From Thermoanaerobaculia bacterium (lineage in GTDB: Bacteria > Acidobacteriota > Thermoanaerobaculia > Multivoradales > JAHEKO01), in the NCBI GenBank assembly GCA_945787525.1, contig CALZJC010000012.1, forward strand, positions 1 through 21,992: a stretch of 21,992 nt of DNA, in the 5' to 3' direction. Both the position numbers and the translations under genes were made by a program. Below, piece after piece: positions 7,068-16,457 of the stretch (within the stretch, counting starts at the first letter, position 1; every line of letters begins with the position of its first letter). The notes under the pieces were generated by a model, which saw only the letters and a program-made list of their open reading frames with translations, ran no database searches and had not been told where the DNA came from.

Positions 7068-7766
7068 TCACTCGATGAAGCGCTCCTGATAGGCCCGCTG
7101 AGCCTGCTCGTAGTCCTCCACGACTCCGATGTCGAGCCAGTACTCGCGGAGGACATATTTGGTGACGGGCATCCCGTTTTGGAGCATCTCCTGGATGAGA
7201 CGGTCGATTCCGTAGTAGGTATTGTCCGGGATGAGCTCGAAGACGGCGGGCTTCAGCACATAGATGCCCGCGAGAACCTCGAAGTTGAAGTCCGGCTTCT
7301 CTTCGACGCCGGTGACGTAGATGCCGTCCGATTCGATGTTGCCGAAGCGAAAGGGCGTCGTGAGCACCTTGGTGGCGATGGTCAGCCGGGAGTCCGGCAG
7401 TCCGGCGGCGAACGCGTAGATCTTGCTCAGGTCCGCCTCGGTCAGGATGTCGCCGTTCATGAGGATGAACGGCTCCGTGAGCCGCTCCTTGATCAGACTG
7501 AGAGGGCCGCATGTTCCCAGCGGCTCGCTCTCGACGCTGTAGTTCAAAACCACGCCGTACCTGCTGCCATCACCGAAATAGGAACGAACGTAGTCCGCCT
7601 TGTAGTTGAGCGCCAGGAAGATCTCGTCGAACCCGTGCTCCCGCAGCAGGCCGATCTGGATCTCCAGGAGCGCCTTCTCACCCAGCGGCAACATCGGTTT
7701 GGGAATGATGGCGGTCAACGGGCGGAGCCGGACTCCGAGCCCACCGGCCAGGACCACGGCCTTCAT
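7068..7766 (-). CDS. Sugar-1-phosphate nucleotidyltransferase (NTP_transferase family), 232 aa.
   Basis: N-terminal MKAVVLAGGLGVRLRPLTAIIPKPMLPLG matches the canonical G-G-x-G-x-R-L-x-P-L-T…PKPM pyrophosphorylase signature. ATG at 7766 overlaps the upstream TGA as ATGA. Confidence 0.8.
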   Translation of the reverse strand: MKAVVLAGGLGVRLRPLTAIIPKPMLPLGEKALLEIQIGLLREHGFDEIFLALNYKADYVRSYFGDGSRYGVVLNYSVESEPLGTCGPLSLIKERLTEPFILMNGDILTEADLSKIYAFAAGLPDSRLTIATKVLTTPFRFGNIESDGIYVTGVEEKPDFNFEVLAGIYVLKPAVFELIPDNTYYGIDRLIQEMLQNGMPVTKYVLREYWLDIGVVEDYEQAQRAYQERFIE

Positions 7767-8386
7767 GACGACTCGCCCCGGAAGACCCCGGACTCGGTCA
7801 CGCTGCAGCGCACGACGCTGCCCGCGCTGACCAGCACTCCGGAGGTCAATGAGACCCCATGGAACAGTGCCGCGCCACAGCCGACGAACACCTCGTCGCC
7901 GAGCCGGCAGCTTCCGTTGACCACCGCGCCGGTGGCCACGTGGCAGTGGTCACCGACGACGGCATCGTGCTCGACGGTTGCGCCGGTGTTGATGATGCAG
8001 TTGGCACCGACCCGGGCGGACGCGTTGACGGTGGCATGATGCATGACGATTGTGCCAGCTCCGAGATCTGCGTGGCGCGAGACGTGGGCTCGCGGCGACA
8101 CGATCGCCGGGAAGCCCCCTCCGAGCGCGACCACCCGCTCGAACAGTTCGCGGCGGCGGGCGGCCGTCCTCACCTGGCCGATGGTGATCAGGAAGTTGCT
8201 GTAGCGAGTCGACAGGCTCGGATAGTCGTCGTCGGTTGCGACCACCGGGTAGCCGAGGACCTCCTGCCCCAACATCTCGCGCCTGTCGACGACCCCGGCG
8301 ATCCGGTATTCCCCGGCCTCCTCGATCACATCGACGCACGCCCGGCAATGCCCGCCACCGCCGATGAGGATCAGCTCCGCAGTCAC
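7763..8386 (-). CDS. NeuD/PglD-family sugar acetyltransferase (left-handed beta-helix, hexapeptide repeat), 207 aa.
   Basis: N-terminal Rossmann-like ILIGGGGHCRACVDVI, then hexapeptide repeats (GAGTIVMHHATVNASARVGANCIINTGATVEHDAVVGDHCHVATGAVVNGSCRLGDEVFVGCGA). GTG start at 8386 with a GGTAGGA RBS. Confidence 0.8.
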   Translation of the reverse strand: MTAELILIGGGGHCRACVDVIEEAGEYRIAGVVDRREMLGQEVLGYPVVATDDDYPSLSTRYSNFLITIGQVRTAARRRELFERVVALGGGFPAIVSPRAHVSRHADLGAGTIVMHHATVNASARVGANCIINTGATVEHDAVVGDHCHVATGAVVNGSCRLGDEVFVGCGAALFHGVSLTSGVLVSAGSVVRCSVTESGVFRGESS

Positions 8387-8509
8387 AGTCCTACCCCGCT
8401 GGGGATGTTGATGGGGCGATCCACGACATTCTGAAACAGAGCGCTTGTCATTTCTGCACCGTGGGGCGACCTACGATACCTTGAGTCCGGCCATGGTCTC
8501 CTGCGGATC

Positions 8510-8552
8510 AGCGCGTCTGACTCTCGGCCGGTCCAACGCGCTCACCTGGCGC
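8510..8552 (-). terminator. GC-rich hairpin (7-bp stem AGCGCGT/ACGCGCT, 19-nt loop with a CGGCCG palindrome) immediately 3' of the last gene of the dcw transcript. Candidate terminator or stabiliser; no U-tract.
   Basis: Plus-strand agcgcgt at 8510-8516 pairs with acgcgct at 8546-8552. The stop codon of the 8542..9531 gene lies within or adjacent to the right arm. Confidence 0.25.
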
Positions 8553-9531
8553 CACGGTCGCGGCTGCGGAGCCGACGATCGCCCAGCAGCCCGACGCCTC
8601 CGAACGGCAGTGCCAGGGCTACCATCACGATGAAGTGGGCCACCCGCAGCAGGCCCGACAACAGTATCGCCTCGCCCACCGTCACACCCAGCTCCGGGCC
8701 CAGCAGCCCGAAGAGCAGCTCGCGCACACCGACGTTACCCGGCGTCACGACGAGGTAGTTGCTGATCTGCAGCACGGCATAGAGAACCAGGACCGCGGCC
8801 AGCCCGACCTGAGCCCCGAGCGCCAGAAAGGCGAGGCTGAAGCTCGTGCAGGAGACCGCCACGCTGACCAGCCCGAGACCCAGCACAGCCGCGCCATAGC
8901 GCAGGTCGGCAAAGCTGCGCACCGCCACCTCCAGGACCCGCGCCAGACGATCGTGCACCCAGGCGAGGCGGCGTTGGCGCAGCCACCCGGCGCGCGCTAC
9001 CCAATCGAGCACGACCGGCACGGCAGCCAGGGTCACTGCCGAGGTCGCCACCGCTGCCGCGGCCGGTAGCCCGCCGAGGCGCATGCCGGGGCGCAGCAGC
9101 CAGATCGTGATCCCTGCCAGCAGGAGATTGACCGTGGTGCCAACCCAGGCGAAGGCGACAAACGAACCGAGGTAGTCCGAGTAAGCGATGCCGTGGACGG
9201 CCTTCAGCTGCACCCCCCGATAGACGTTTCCGAGCTGCGGCACCAGGGTGCTGAGGAACCTGCCGAGCACAAACAGCCGCAGCCAGGGCAGGAAACCGAT
9301 CCGCTGCCCCGAGGCCTTTTCGAGGATCACCTGATAGCGCAGGCTGTCGAGCGCGAAGTAGCCCAGCTGTAGCAGCAGCAGCCCGACCGCGTGCAGCGGC
9401 CGGATCTCGAGCAACACCTCGAGCTCTGCCGGATTGCGTGCGAAGAAGCGGACGATCCAGGCCAGGCATACTGCCAGCACCAGCCAGGACAGGCCGCTCT
9501 TGAGCCTCTTGGGCAGCGGGCGTTCGGTCAA
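8542..9531 (-). CDS. Polytopic membrane protein (about 8 TM), candidate flippase-like LPG-synthase-TM/UPF0104 family member. Translationally coupled to ftsZ.
   Basis: 329 aa with eight hydrophobic helices and a conserved-looking [17 protein letters not shown] (P-x-G-x-G-x-x-E) motif near the C-terminus. ATG 9531..9529 overlaps the ftsZ TGA 9530..9528 as ATGA. Confidence 0.55.
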   Translation of the reverse strand: MTERPLPKRLKSGLSWLVLAVCLAWIVRFFARNPAELEVLLEIRPLHAVGLLLLQLGYFALDSLRYQVILEKASGQRIGFLPWLRLFVLGRFLSTLVPQLGNVYRGVQLKAVHGIAYSDYLGSFVAFAWVGTTVNLLLAGITIWLLRPGMRLGGLPAAAAVATSAVTLAAVPVVLDWVARAGWLRQRRLAWVHDRLARVLEVAVRSFADLRYGAAVLGLGLVSVAVSCTSFSLAFLALGAQVGLAAVLVLYAVLQISNYLVVTPGNVGVRELLFGLLGPELGVTVGEAILLSGLLRVAHFIVMVALALPFGGVGLLGDRRLRSRDRGAR

Positions 9532-10826
9532 TCCATCTGCTTGCGGAGCACGGTCGGGATGTCGAAGTCGTCGACGTTGGACCAGTTTGGACCGTAGCCG
9601 TTGGGATCCTCGTTCTGGGTCTGGGCGATCACCTTGCGATAGAAGGGGATCTCCTCGGGCTCCTCGGTGATCGGCTCGACTTGCGGCGCGGCCGGCGCCC
9701 CCGGCCGCGCGGGCTCGGCGGTCTGGAACGGCTCCGGCTCGAGGGCGGGCGCCGGCTGCTGACGGGGAGTGAAGAACGGCTCATCCTCCATCGCCGCCCT
9801 GGCCTCGGCTGCCGCCGGCTGCCCAGCCGGCTGTTTGAAGCCGGTGGCGATCACCGTCACCTTCATCTCCTCTTCCAGATCCTCGTCGATAACCATGCCG
9901 GAGATGATGTTGGCAACCGGGTCTACGGCCTCGGCGATCACCTGGGCCGCCTCGGCCACTTCGTGCAGGGTCAGGTCGGCGCCGCCAGAGATATTGATCA
10001 ACACGCCCTTGGCGCCGACAATCGAGGTCTCCTCCAGCAGCGGCGAGGAGATCGCCCGCTGCGCCGCCTCCTGGGCGCGACTCTCGCCCTTGGCGACGCC
10101 GGTGCCCATCAGCGCCATGCCCATGCCGGTCATGATCGACTTGACGTCGGCGAAGTCGACGTTGACCTCGCCCGGCACGGTGATCAGGTCGCTGATGCCC
10201 TGTACCGCCTGACGCAGCACGTCATCGGCGATGCGGAAGGCCTCGCTCAGAGGTGTACCCCGCTCGACGAAGTTGAGCAGGCGCTCGTTGGGGATGGTGA
10301 TCAACGTGTCGACCGCCCCGCGCAGCTCTTCGAGCCCCCGCTCCGCGAGCTCCATGCGGCGGCGGCCCTCGAAGACGAACGGCTTGGTCACCACCGCCAC
10401 GGTGAGAGCGCCAATCTCGGCCGCCAGGGAGGCGATGATCGGCGCCGCACCGGTGCCGGTGCCGCCGCCGAGTCCGGCGGTGAGAAAGACCATGTCCGCC
10501 CCCTGAAGCAGCTCGAGCATGCGCTCGGTGTCCTCGAGAGCCGACTTGCGGCCGACCTCCGGGTCGCCGCCGGCTCCCAGCCCGCGGGTCAGGGCCTGGC
10601 CAAGCTGTTGCTTGGTGCCGGCGCGGCACTTGCGCAGCGCCTGCAGGTCGGTGTTGGCGGCCACGAACTCGATGCCCCGCATGCGGGCGTCGATCATCCG
10701 GTTGACCGCGTTGCCGCCGCCGCCGCCGATGCCGATCACCTTGATCTTCGCCGGCAGCATGTCGGCCGTGTCGTCGAGCGTGATCGGGAGTTTGCTCTCC
10801 GCTTCGTGGTCTTCGAAAAGAATCAT
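9528..10826 (-). CDS. ftsZ: Cell division protein FtsZ (432 aa).
   Basis: [13 protein letters not shown] tubulin signature, T7 loop region, about 100-aa P/A/E-rich linker and a C-terminal [11 protein letters not shown] peptide. ATG with a GGGGGAA RBS. Confidence 0.97.
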   Translation of the reverse strand: MILFEDHEAESKLPITLDDTADMLPAKIKVIGIGGGGGNAVNRMIDARMRGIEFVAANTDLQALRKCRAGTKQQLGQALTRGLGAGGDPEVGRKSALEDTERMLELLQGADMVFLTAGLGGGTGTGAAPIIASLAAEIGALTVAVVTKPFVFEGRRRMELAERGLEELRGAVDTLITIPNERLLNFVERGTPLSEAFRIADDVLRQAVQGISDLITVPGEVNVDFADVKSIMTGMGMALMGTGVAKGESRAQEAAQRAISSPLLEETSIVGAKGVLINISGGADLTLHEVAEAAQVIAEAVDPVANIISGMVIDEDLEEEMKVTVIATGFKQPAGQPAAAEARAAMEDEPFFTPRQQPAPALEPEPFQTAEPARPGAPAAPQVEPITEEPEEIPFYRKVIAQTQNEDPNGYGPNWSNVDDFDIPTVLRKQMD

Positions 10827-10851
10827 TCTTGATTCCCCCAGGTTGCCGCCA

Positions 10852-12090
10852 TTACAGCAGATCCGACAGCCGCTCGCGCAGATTGCCCATCATTCCACGC
10901 ATGCTGAAGCCATGGCGAACGTTTGATTTCTTGCGTAGCGACTGGGCCGACTGCCCATACAGCAGGAGGCCGGACGCGGCACTCCAGGTCGGGCATCGGA
11001 TGACGTCCACCAGACCGCCCAGTCCCTGCGGCAGTCCGTAGCGGACGCCGGTGTTGAACACCTGCTCGGTGAGCTCGAGCAGCCCGTCGAGCTGGGCGCC
11101 GCCGCCGGTCAGCACGACGCCACCGCGCAGCGACTCTTCGTAACCGTTGATCTCCAGCTCGCGGCGCACCAGCTCGAGCAGCTCGTGGGCGCGCGGCTGG
11201 AGGATGTCGCACAGCTGACGCTTGGGAATCACCCGCGCCGGGCCGCCAGCCACCGTCGGCACCGAGATGCCCTCGTCCTCGCCGAGCATGCCGGCCAGGC
11301 AGCAGCCATAGCGCAGCTTGATCCGTTCCGCCTCGGCGAAGGGCGTCCGCAGCACCATGCCGACGTCGCTGGTGAAATGGCCGGCGCCGATCGGCAGCAC
11401 GCCGCTGTGCATGACCTCGCCGTCGCTGTAGAAGGCGAACTCGCTGGTGCCGCCACCGATGTCGAGCAGCAGCGATCCGAGCTCGCGCTCGTCATGGGTC
11501 AGGACCGCCTCGGCGGTGGCCAGCGGCTCGAACACCGCCTCCAGCACCTCCACGCCGGCCCGATTGACGCAGGTCAGCAGGGTCCGCCGCCGCGTGGTGT
11601 TGGCGGTCACCAGATGCACCGCCACTTCCAGCCGGTGACCCAGCATGCCCAGTGGCTCGACGATGCCGCCCTGCTCGTCGACGACGAACTCCTGCGGGAT
11701 GGCGTGCAGGATCTCGCGATCCGACGGCAGCGCCGCCGCCTGGGCCGCCTCGAGCACGCGATCGATGTCCTGACGGGTGATCTCGTGCGTATTGCGCGCC
11801 ACCGAGACCATGCCCCGCGAGTTGACGCTTCGCACATCGGTGCCGGCGACGCCGACGTAGGCGCGCGAGATCTCGGTGCCGGCCATTACCTCGGCCTCTT
11901 CGGTCGCCCGTCGCAGGGCGTCGACGGCGGCGTCGATGTTGACGATATTGCCCTTGCGAGTGCCGCGGTTCGACGCCCGACCCTTGCCGACGATCTCGAG
12001 CTCGCCGTTGTCTTGCGGTTTGGCGATCAGCACCGCCACCTTCGAGGAGCCGATGTCGATCGCAACCAGGTTTGGGTCCGGTTTGGCCAT
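10852..12090 (-). CDS. ftsA: Cell division protein FtsA (412 aa).
   Basis: Actin-like ATPase motifs ([29 protein letters not shown]) and a C-terminal amphipathic membrane-targeting helix ([15 protein letters not shown]). Confidence 0.95.
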   Translation of the reverse strand: MAKPDPNLVAIDIGSSKVAVLIAKPQDNGELEIVGKGRASNRGTRKGNIVNIDAAVDALRRATEEAEVMAGTEISRAYVGVAGTDVRSVNSRGMVSVARNTHEITRQDIDRVLEAAQAAALPSDREILHAIPQEFVVDEQGGIVEPLGMLGHRLEVAVHLVTANTTRRRTLLTCVNRAGVEVLEAVFEPLATAEAVLTHDERELGSLLLDIGGGTSEFAFYSDGEVMHSGVLPIGAGHFTSDVGMVLRTPFAEAERIKLRYGCCLAGMLGEDEGISVPTVAGGPARVIPKRQLCDILQPRAHELLELVRRELEINGYEESLRGGVVLTGGGAQLDGLLELTEQVFNTGVRYGLPQGLGGLVDVIRCPTWSAASGLLLYGQSAQSLRKKSNVRHGFSMRGMMGNLRERLSDLL

Positions 12091-12096
12091 TTTCTT

Positions 12097-12906
12097 CTAC
12101 CCTTCCTCTAGACGCGGCGCCGACGTGGGCACCGCCACGATTCTGCCGCTGAATCTCAGATCAAGTGCCGCCGCCGGCATCAGGCGATGCCGTACCTCGG
12201 GCAGGTAACGGCGCAGACGGCGGAGGCCCGCCTCGACGCCGCCGACGCCCAAGACCAGGGCAAACGGCAACGCGGCGGTGTGAAACCGCAGATCGTCCTC
12301 TCCCAGCACCTCGACTTCGGACAGCTGCCGGCCCCACTCGGGCTCCAGGCGGACGAAGTCCGCCGCTGCGTCCAACGCCGGACCGAGTCGCGACTCGCCA
12401 CCGGAGGAGAGGCGGACCAGCATCAGATCAGCCGGCCCGGCGCCCGGGTCGTAGCGGTCGATCAGACGGCCGGCCCGGTCGATGTAGTGCATTCCATCGG
12501 CGCGACGCAGCAGCGCCGCCGGGCGGCGTTCGACCACCCTCACGGCCAGCGTATCGGGCAGCCGCTTGCGCATCGCCAGGCCCGCGATCCACGGGTGGCC
12601 GGCCAACTCGCCTTCGAGGTCGGCGAGCGACAGCCGCAGGAGGTGGCGCCCGCGCAGCGGCGCGATCTGCTCACCGATCCACTCCCGCGGCACCCGCTCG
12701 GTGCCGGACAGCTCGAGGGTCCGCAGATGGAAACGCGGCGAAGTCAGTACCCAGACGGCCGCCCCGACCGGAACCGCAACGACCACCGTGGCGAAGGCGA
12801 ACTGCCGCAGCAGCCTCAGCGGCAGGCTGCGTCGCCGGCGCGGCGCGGTGAAGCGGCGGCGGCGCAGGCCGCTCGGCACTTCGCTCTTCTCCACCGCCGA
12901 CGTCAC
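12097..12906 (-). CDS. ftsQ: Cell division protein FtsQ/DivIB (about 269 aa).
   Basis: GTG start at 12906 overlaps the murC TGA as GTGA, with GGAGG 5 nt upstream. Arg-rich cytoplasmic tail, single TM (FAFATVVVAVPVGAAVWVL), then a POTRA-like region. Sits between murC and ftsA. Confidence 0.85.
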   Translation of the reverse strand: MTSAVEKSEVPSGLRRRRFTAPRRRRSLPLRLLRQFAFATVVVAVPVGAAVWVLTSPRFHLRTLELSGTERVPREWIGEQIAPLRGRHLLRLSLADLEGELAGHPWIAGLAMRKRLPDTLAVRVVERRPAALLRRADGMHYIDRAGRLIDRYDPGAGPADLMLVRLSSGGESRLGPALDAAADFVRLEPEWGRQLSEVEVLGEDDLRFHTAALPFALVLGVGGVEAGLRRLRRYLPEVRHRLMPAAALDLRFSGRIVAVPTSAPRLEEG

Positions 12907-14291
12907 TCCGCCTCCTGACGGACCAGCCGCTCGGCCAGCCGGTAGATGTCGCCCGCGCCCATGGTCAACACCACGTCGCCGGGGCGCACCCGCTCGGCAA
13001 GCCGCTGCGGAACCTGCCGCCAATCGCTGCACAGCGCCACGCTGCGGTGGCCGCTACGGGTCGCCGCCTCGACGATCATCTCGGCGTCCACGCCCGGCAA
13101 CGGCGCCTCGCGCGAGGCGTAGATGCCGGTCACCACCGCCTCGTCGGCACCCAGCAGGGCGCGGCCGAACTCCTCGGCGAGGTCGCGGGTGCGGCTGTAG
13201 AGGTGGGGCTGGAAGATCGCCAGCAGCCTGGCCTTGGGAAAGACCTGACGGGCGGCGCGCAGCGTGGCCGCCACCTCGGTCGGGTGGTGGGCGTAGTCGT
13301 CGACCACCGCCGCACCGCGCCAGTCGCCGAGCCGCTCGAACCGCCGGTGGACACCGGAGAAGTCGCTCAGCGCCGCGGCGATGGTGGGCAGATCGAGGCC
13401 CACGGCCCGCCCCACCGCCACCGCCGCCAGGGCGTTCAACACGTTGTGCTCACCCGGCATCGGCAGCCGCAGCTCGCCCAGCGGCTCGCCACCCTCGCCC
13501 TCGATGGCGAAGCGAGTGCCGCCATCTTCCGTCCGCAGGTCGACCGCGGTGAGATCGGCCTGTGGCGACAGGCCGTAGGTCACCAGTCGATGCTCGGCCA
13601 GATCGGGCAGCACGCTCTGGATGTTCTCGTCGTCGAGGCAGAGCACGATCTGGCCGAAGAACGGCACCTTGCCGGCGAAGTCGACAAAGGCGGCGCGAAT
13701 CTCGTCGAGGTCCAGGTAGGTGTCGAGATGGTCGCTGTCGATGGAGGTGACCACGGCGATTATCGGCTGCAGGCGAAGGAAGCTCCGATCGTACTCGTCG
13801 GCCTCGGCCACCAGGTAGTCGCTGCGTCCGAGCCGGGCGCCGGTGCCCGAGACCCGCAGCCGCCCGCCGACCAGGACCGTCGGATCCAGCCCCGCCTCGG
13901 TCAGCACCGCGCCGATGAGCGACGTCGTGGTGGTCTTGCCATGCGTGCCGGCGATGGCGATGCCGTACTTCAGCCGCATCAACTCGCCGAGCATCTCCGC
14001 CCGCCGCACCACCGTGATGTTGCGCTCGCGGGCCGCCACCAGCTCGGGGTTGTCGTCGGCCACCGCCGACGACTTGACCACCAGGTCGACGTCCTCGAGA
14101 TGGTCGGCCGAATGCCCCTCGAAGACCTCGACCCCGAGGCGCTCGAGCCGCTCGGTGACCGGGCCCAGAGCCAGGTCGCAGCCGGTCACCTCGAGGTCGT
14201 AGTCGGTGAGCACCTCGGCGATACCGCTCATGCCGGCGCCGCCGATACCGACGAAGTGGATCCGCCGCAGGTTGGCGAAACGGCGAAACAT
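12903..14291 (-). CDS. murC: UDP-N-acetylmuramate--L-alanine ligase MurC (462 aa).
   Basis: MFRRFANLRRIHFVGIGGAGMSGIAEVL…GTHGKTTTTS Mur-ligase motifs. ATG 14291 overlaps the murG TGA by 1 nt. The supplied 790-aa ORF is a fusion of murC with a stop-free frame upstream. Confidence 0.95.
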   Translation of the reverse strand: MFRRFANLRRIHFVGIGGAGMSGIAEVLTDYDLEVTGCDLALGPVTERLERLGVEVFEGHSADHLEDVDLVVKSSAVADDNPELVAARERNITVVRRAEMLGELMRLKYGIAIAGTHGKTTTTSLIGAVLTEAGLDPTVLVGGRLRVSGTGARLGRSDYLVAEADEYDRSFLRLQPIIAVVTSIDSDHLDTYLDLDEIRAAFVDFAGKVPFFGQIVLCLDDENIQSVLPDLAEHRLVTYGLSPQADLTAVDLRTEDGGTRFAIEGEGGEPLGELRLPMPGEHNVLNALAAVAVGRAVGLDLPTIAAALSDFSGVHRRFERLGDWRGAAVVDDYAHHPTEVAATLRAARQVFPKARLLAIFQPHLYSRTRDLAEEFGRALLGADEAVVTGIYASREAPLPGVDAEMIVEAATRSGHRSVALCSDWRQVPQRLAERVRPGDVVLTMGAGDIYRLAERLVRQEAE

Positions 14292-15373
14292 CAGGCCACG
14301 ACCTCCTCGACGAGATCGGCCACCGCGGCGGCAGCCGCCGGCCGCGCCAGGTCGCGCAACGCCCGCCCCATGGCCCGCAGCCTCTCTCCGTCCGCCAGCA
14401 GCTCGGCCAGGGCGGCGGCGCAGCCGTCCGGGTCGCTCTCCTCCGACCGCAGGACCCGGGCGCCGCCGGCCGCTTCCAGCCGCGCCGCGTTGTCCGCCTG
14501 ATGGCCGCCGGCAAAGCCGTACGGGATAAGCAGCGCCGGCCGGCCGGAGGCGCTGATCTCGGCCAGGGTGATGGCCCCGGCCCGCGAGATGACCAGGTCG
14601 ACGTCGGCCAGCGCGGCGGCGACATCCTCGACAAAGGGCACCAGCTCGACCTCGAGACCGTCGCCGCTCAGGGCCGCCCACGCCTGGCGCGCCGGCTCCA
14701 GGTGGGCAGTGCCGGTCTGGTGGCGGACCGTCAGCTCCATGCCGCCGGCCGCCAACGCGGCGATCGCCGGCGGCACGATCCGGTTGAGCTCGAGGGCTCC
14801 CTGGCTGCCGCCCAGGACCAGAACGCGGCGGCGGGCCGCCGGAGCGATCTCCGCCATGCCGACGAAGCCTCGGCGGATCGGCACCCCGGTCACCCGCGCC
14901 GGGCAGACCAGCCGTGCGGCGGTCTCCTGCCAGGCCACCGCGGCCGTGACGGCGAGGCGCGACAGCAGGCGGTTGGCGGCGCCGGGCACTGCGTTGGGCT
15001 CGAGCAGTACCGTCGGCAGACCGGCCAGCCGGCCGCCGATGACGGCCGGAGCCGCGACATAGCCGCCCGTACCGAGCACCGCGCGGCCGTGCTCGCGCCG
15101 CAACAGCCGCCGGGCGGCGAGCGCCGAGCGACCCAGCACGGCGACGGCGGCCAGCCGCGCACCGATGCCATGACCGACCAACGGCCGCGCCGCCAGAGCG
15201 CGGTAGGGCATGCCGCGCGCCGTCACGATCTGGCGTTCCATGCCCTCGGGACGACCGATCCAGGTCACTCGCCACCCCCTCGCCGCCATCTCCTCCGCCA
15301 CGGCCAGACCGGGGAAGACGTGGCCGCCGCTGCCACCGCCAGAGATGAACAGATGAGGCTTCTCACTCGACAC
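14291..15373 (-). CDS. murG: UDP-GlcNAc:undecaprenyl-PP-MurNAc-pentapeptide GlcNAc transferase MurG (360 aa).
   Basis: N-terminal FISGGGSGGHVFPGLAVAEE (MurG G-loop); GTG start at 15373. Confidence 0.93.
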   Translation of the reverse strand: MSSEKPHLFISGGGSGGHVFPGLAVAEEMAARGWRVTWIGRPEGMERQIVTARGMPYRALAARPLVGHGIGARLAAVAVLGRSALAARRLLRREHGRAVLGTGGYVAAPAVIGGRLAGLPTVLLEPNAVPGAANRLLSRLAVTAAVAWQETAARLVCPARVTGVPIRRGFVGMAEIAPAARRRVLVLGGSQGALELNRIVPPAIAALAAGGMELTVRHQTGTAHLEPARQAWAALSGDGLEVELVPFVEDVAAALADVDLVISRAGAITLAEISASGRPALLIPYGFAGGHQADNAARLEAAGGARVLRSEESDPDGCAAALAELLADGERLRAMGRALRDLARPAAAAAVADLVEEVVA

Positions 15374-15377
15374 CCGA

Positions 15378-16457
15378 TCATCCGTGTTGGGACGCGTTGA
15401 GGATCAGGCCGGCGGCAATCAGACAGACCACCAGCGACGAGCCGCCGTAGGAGATGAACGGCAGCGGGATTCCCTTGGTCGGCAGGAGCTTGAGTACGAC
15501 CCCGACGTGCAGCGAGGCCTGCAGCGCCAGCATGCCGGTCAGACCCCAGGCCAGGAACCGCCCGAAGGTCTCGTTCGCCCGCGCCCCGGCCACCGCGCCG
15601 CGCCAGATCAGCAGGGCGAAGACGCCGAGGACCGCCACCGCGCCGAGGAAACCGAGCTCCTCGGCGATGACCGCGTAGAGGAAATCGGAGTGCGGATGGG
15701 GCAAGAAGTGGAGCTTCTGCACCCCCTGCGCCAGCCCGACACCGGCCAGCCCGCCGGAGCCGACGGCGATCAGCGACTGGTTGGCCTGCCAGTTCATGCC
15801 CATGGGCTCCAGCCCCGGGTCGAGAAAGGCCATCAGGCGCTCGCGCTGGTAGTCGACGGTCAGGATCACCGCCGCCAGCAGCGGCACCAGGGCCATCGCA
15901 CCGCTGGCGAAGAACCGCTTGCGCACGCCCGACAGGAACAGCATCAGCAGCGCAACGGCACAGATCAACGCCGCCGTGCCGAGGTCGGGCTGCAGCAGGA
16001 TCAGACCGACGACCGCCGCCAGCACCATGCCGCAAGGAAGCAGCAGGGCGTTGTCCCCCTGGCGCTCGGCCTGCCGATGGATCTGGTAGGCGACGAAGAT
16101 CACCACCGCCAGCTTGGCCAGCTCGGAAGGCTGCACGGAAACGCCGCCGATGAAGAGCCAGCGGTTGACGTCGTTCCACTCGGGCCCGAGCAGCGTCGCC
16201 AGCAGCAGAGCGAACATGGCGAGCATCCCGCCATAGACGACCACCGGTTGCCGCAGCCGCCGCAGGTCGACGTGCATCGCCACCCACATCGCCGCCAGAC
16301 CAAGCGCCGCGGCGAGGCTCTGCTTGACCAGGAAGCGGTTGACGCCGGCGTCGCGGTCCTGCACCGCGCTGGCCGAATAGACCATGATCAGGCCGAACGC
16401 CGTCAACACGATGACGGTCGAGAACAGCAGCTTGTCGAAGGCCAGCTTCTTAGCCAT
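15378..16457 (-). CDS. ftsW: SEDS-family peptidoglycan glycosyltransferase FtsW (359 aa).
   Basis: Ten-TM SEDS profile with …PSELAKLAVVIF… and …GIPLPFISYGGSSL… motifs. The start overlaps the murD stop by 8 nt. Confidence 0.92.
   Translation of the reverse strand: MAKKLAFDKLLFSTVIVLTAFGLIMVYSASAVQDRDAGVNRFLVKQSLAAALGLAAMWVAMHVDLRRLRQPVVVYGGMLAMFALLLATLLGPEWNDVNRWLFIGGVSVQPSELAKLAVVIFVAYQIHRQAERQGDNALLLPCGMVLAAVVGLILLQPDLGTAALICAVALLMLFLSGVRKRFFASGAMALVPLLAAVILTVDYQRERLMAFLDPGLEPMGMNWQANQSLIAVGSGGLAGVGLAQGVQKLHFLPHPHSDFLYAVIAEELGFLGAVAVLGVFALLIWRGAVAGARANETFGRFLAWGLTGMLALQASLHVGVVLKLLPTKGIPLPFISYGGSSLVVCLIAAGLILNASQHG

Noticed and set aside
7053-7156. S/T-rich N-terminal extension of the glycosyltransferase ORF (start at 7156).
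   Set aside because: It overlaps the 3' end of the nucleotidyltransferase gene and is low complexity (MSSASTGSTSESWRTTSRLSG…). The Rossmann-like N-terminus begins at LRVLLIRS with TTG plus a GGGGG RBS.
8387-8541. Possible sigma70 promoter (ATGACA…CAGAAT) for the acetyltransferase operon, and the small ORF 8445..8633.
   Set aside because: Spacing between the hexamers does not fit 16-18 nt cleanly. The organism's promoter consensus is unknown. The 62-aa ORF overlaps the flippase-like gene's 3' end and has no RBS.
9681-10832. Long plus-strand ORFs antisense to ftsZ, ftsA, ftsW/murD, murC and murE (for example 9681..10832, 11185..12111, 15384..17162, 13047..14501, 20250..21062, 19157..20353).
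   Set aside because: They are antisense to conserved, recognisable dcw genes. Their compositions are arginine/glycine/alanine-dominated, typical of spurious ORFs in about 70% GC DNA.
12903-15275. 790-aa minus-strand ORF.
   Set aside because: It fuses MurC (C-terminal 462 aa) to an out-of-frame read across murG. The N-terminal part is an RGAP-rich nonsense translation. MurG is clearly encoded in another frame with its own start overlapping ftsW.
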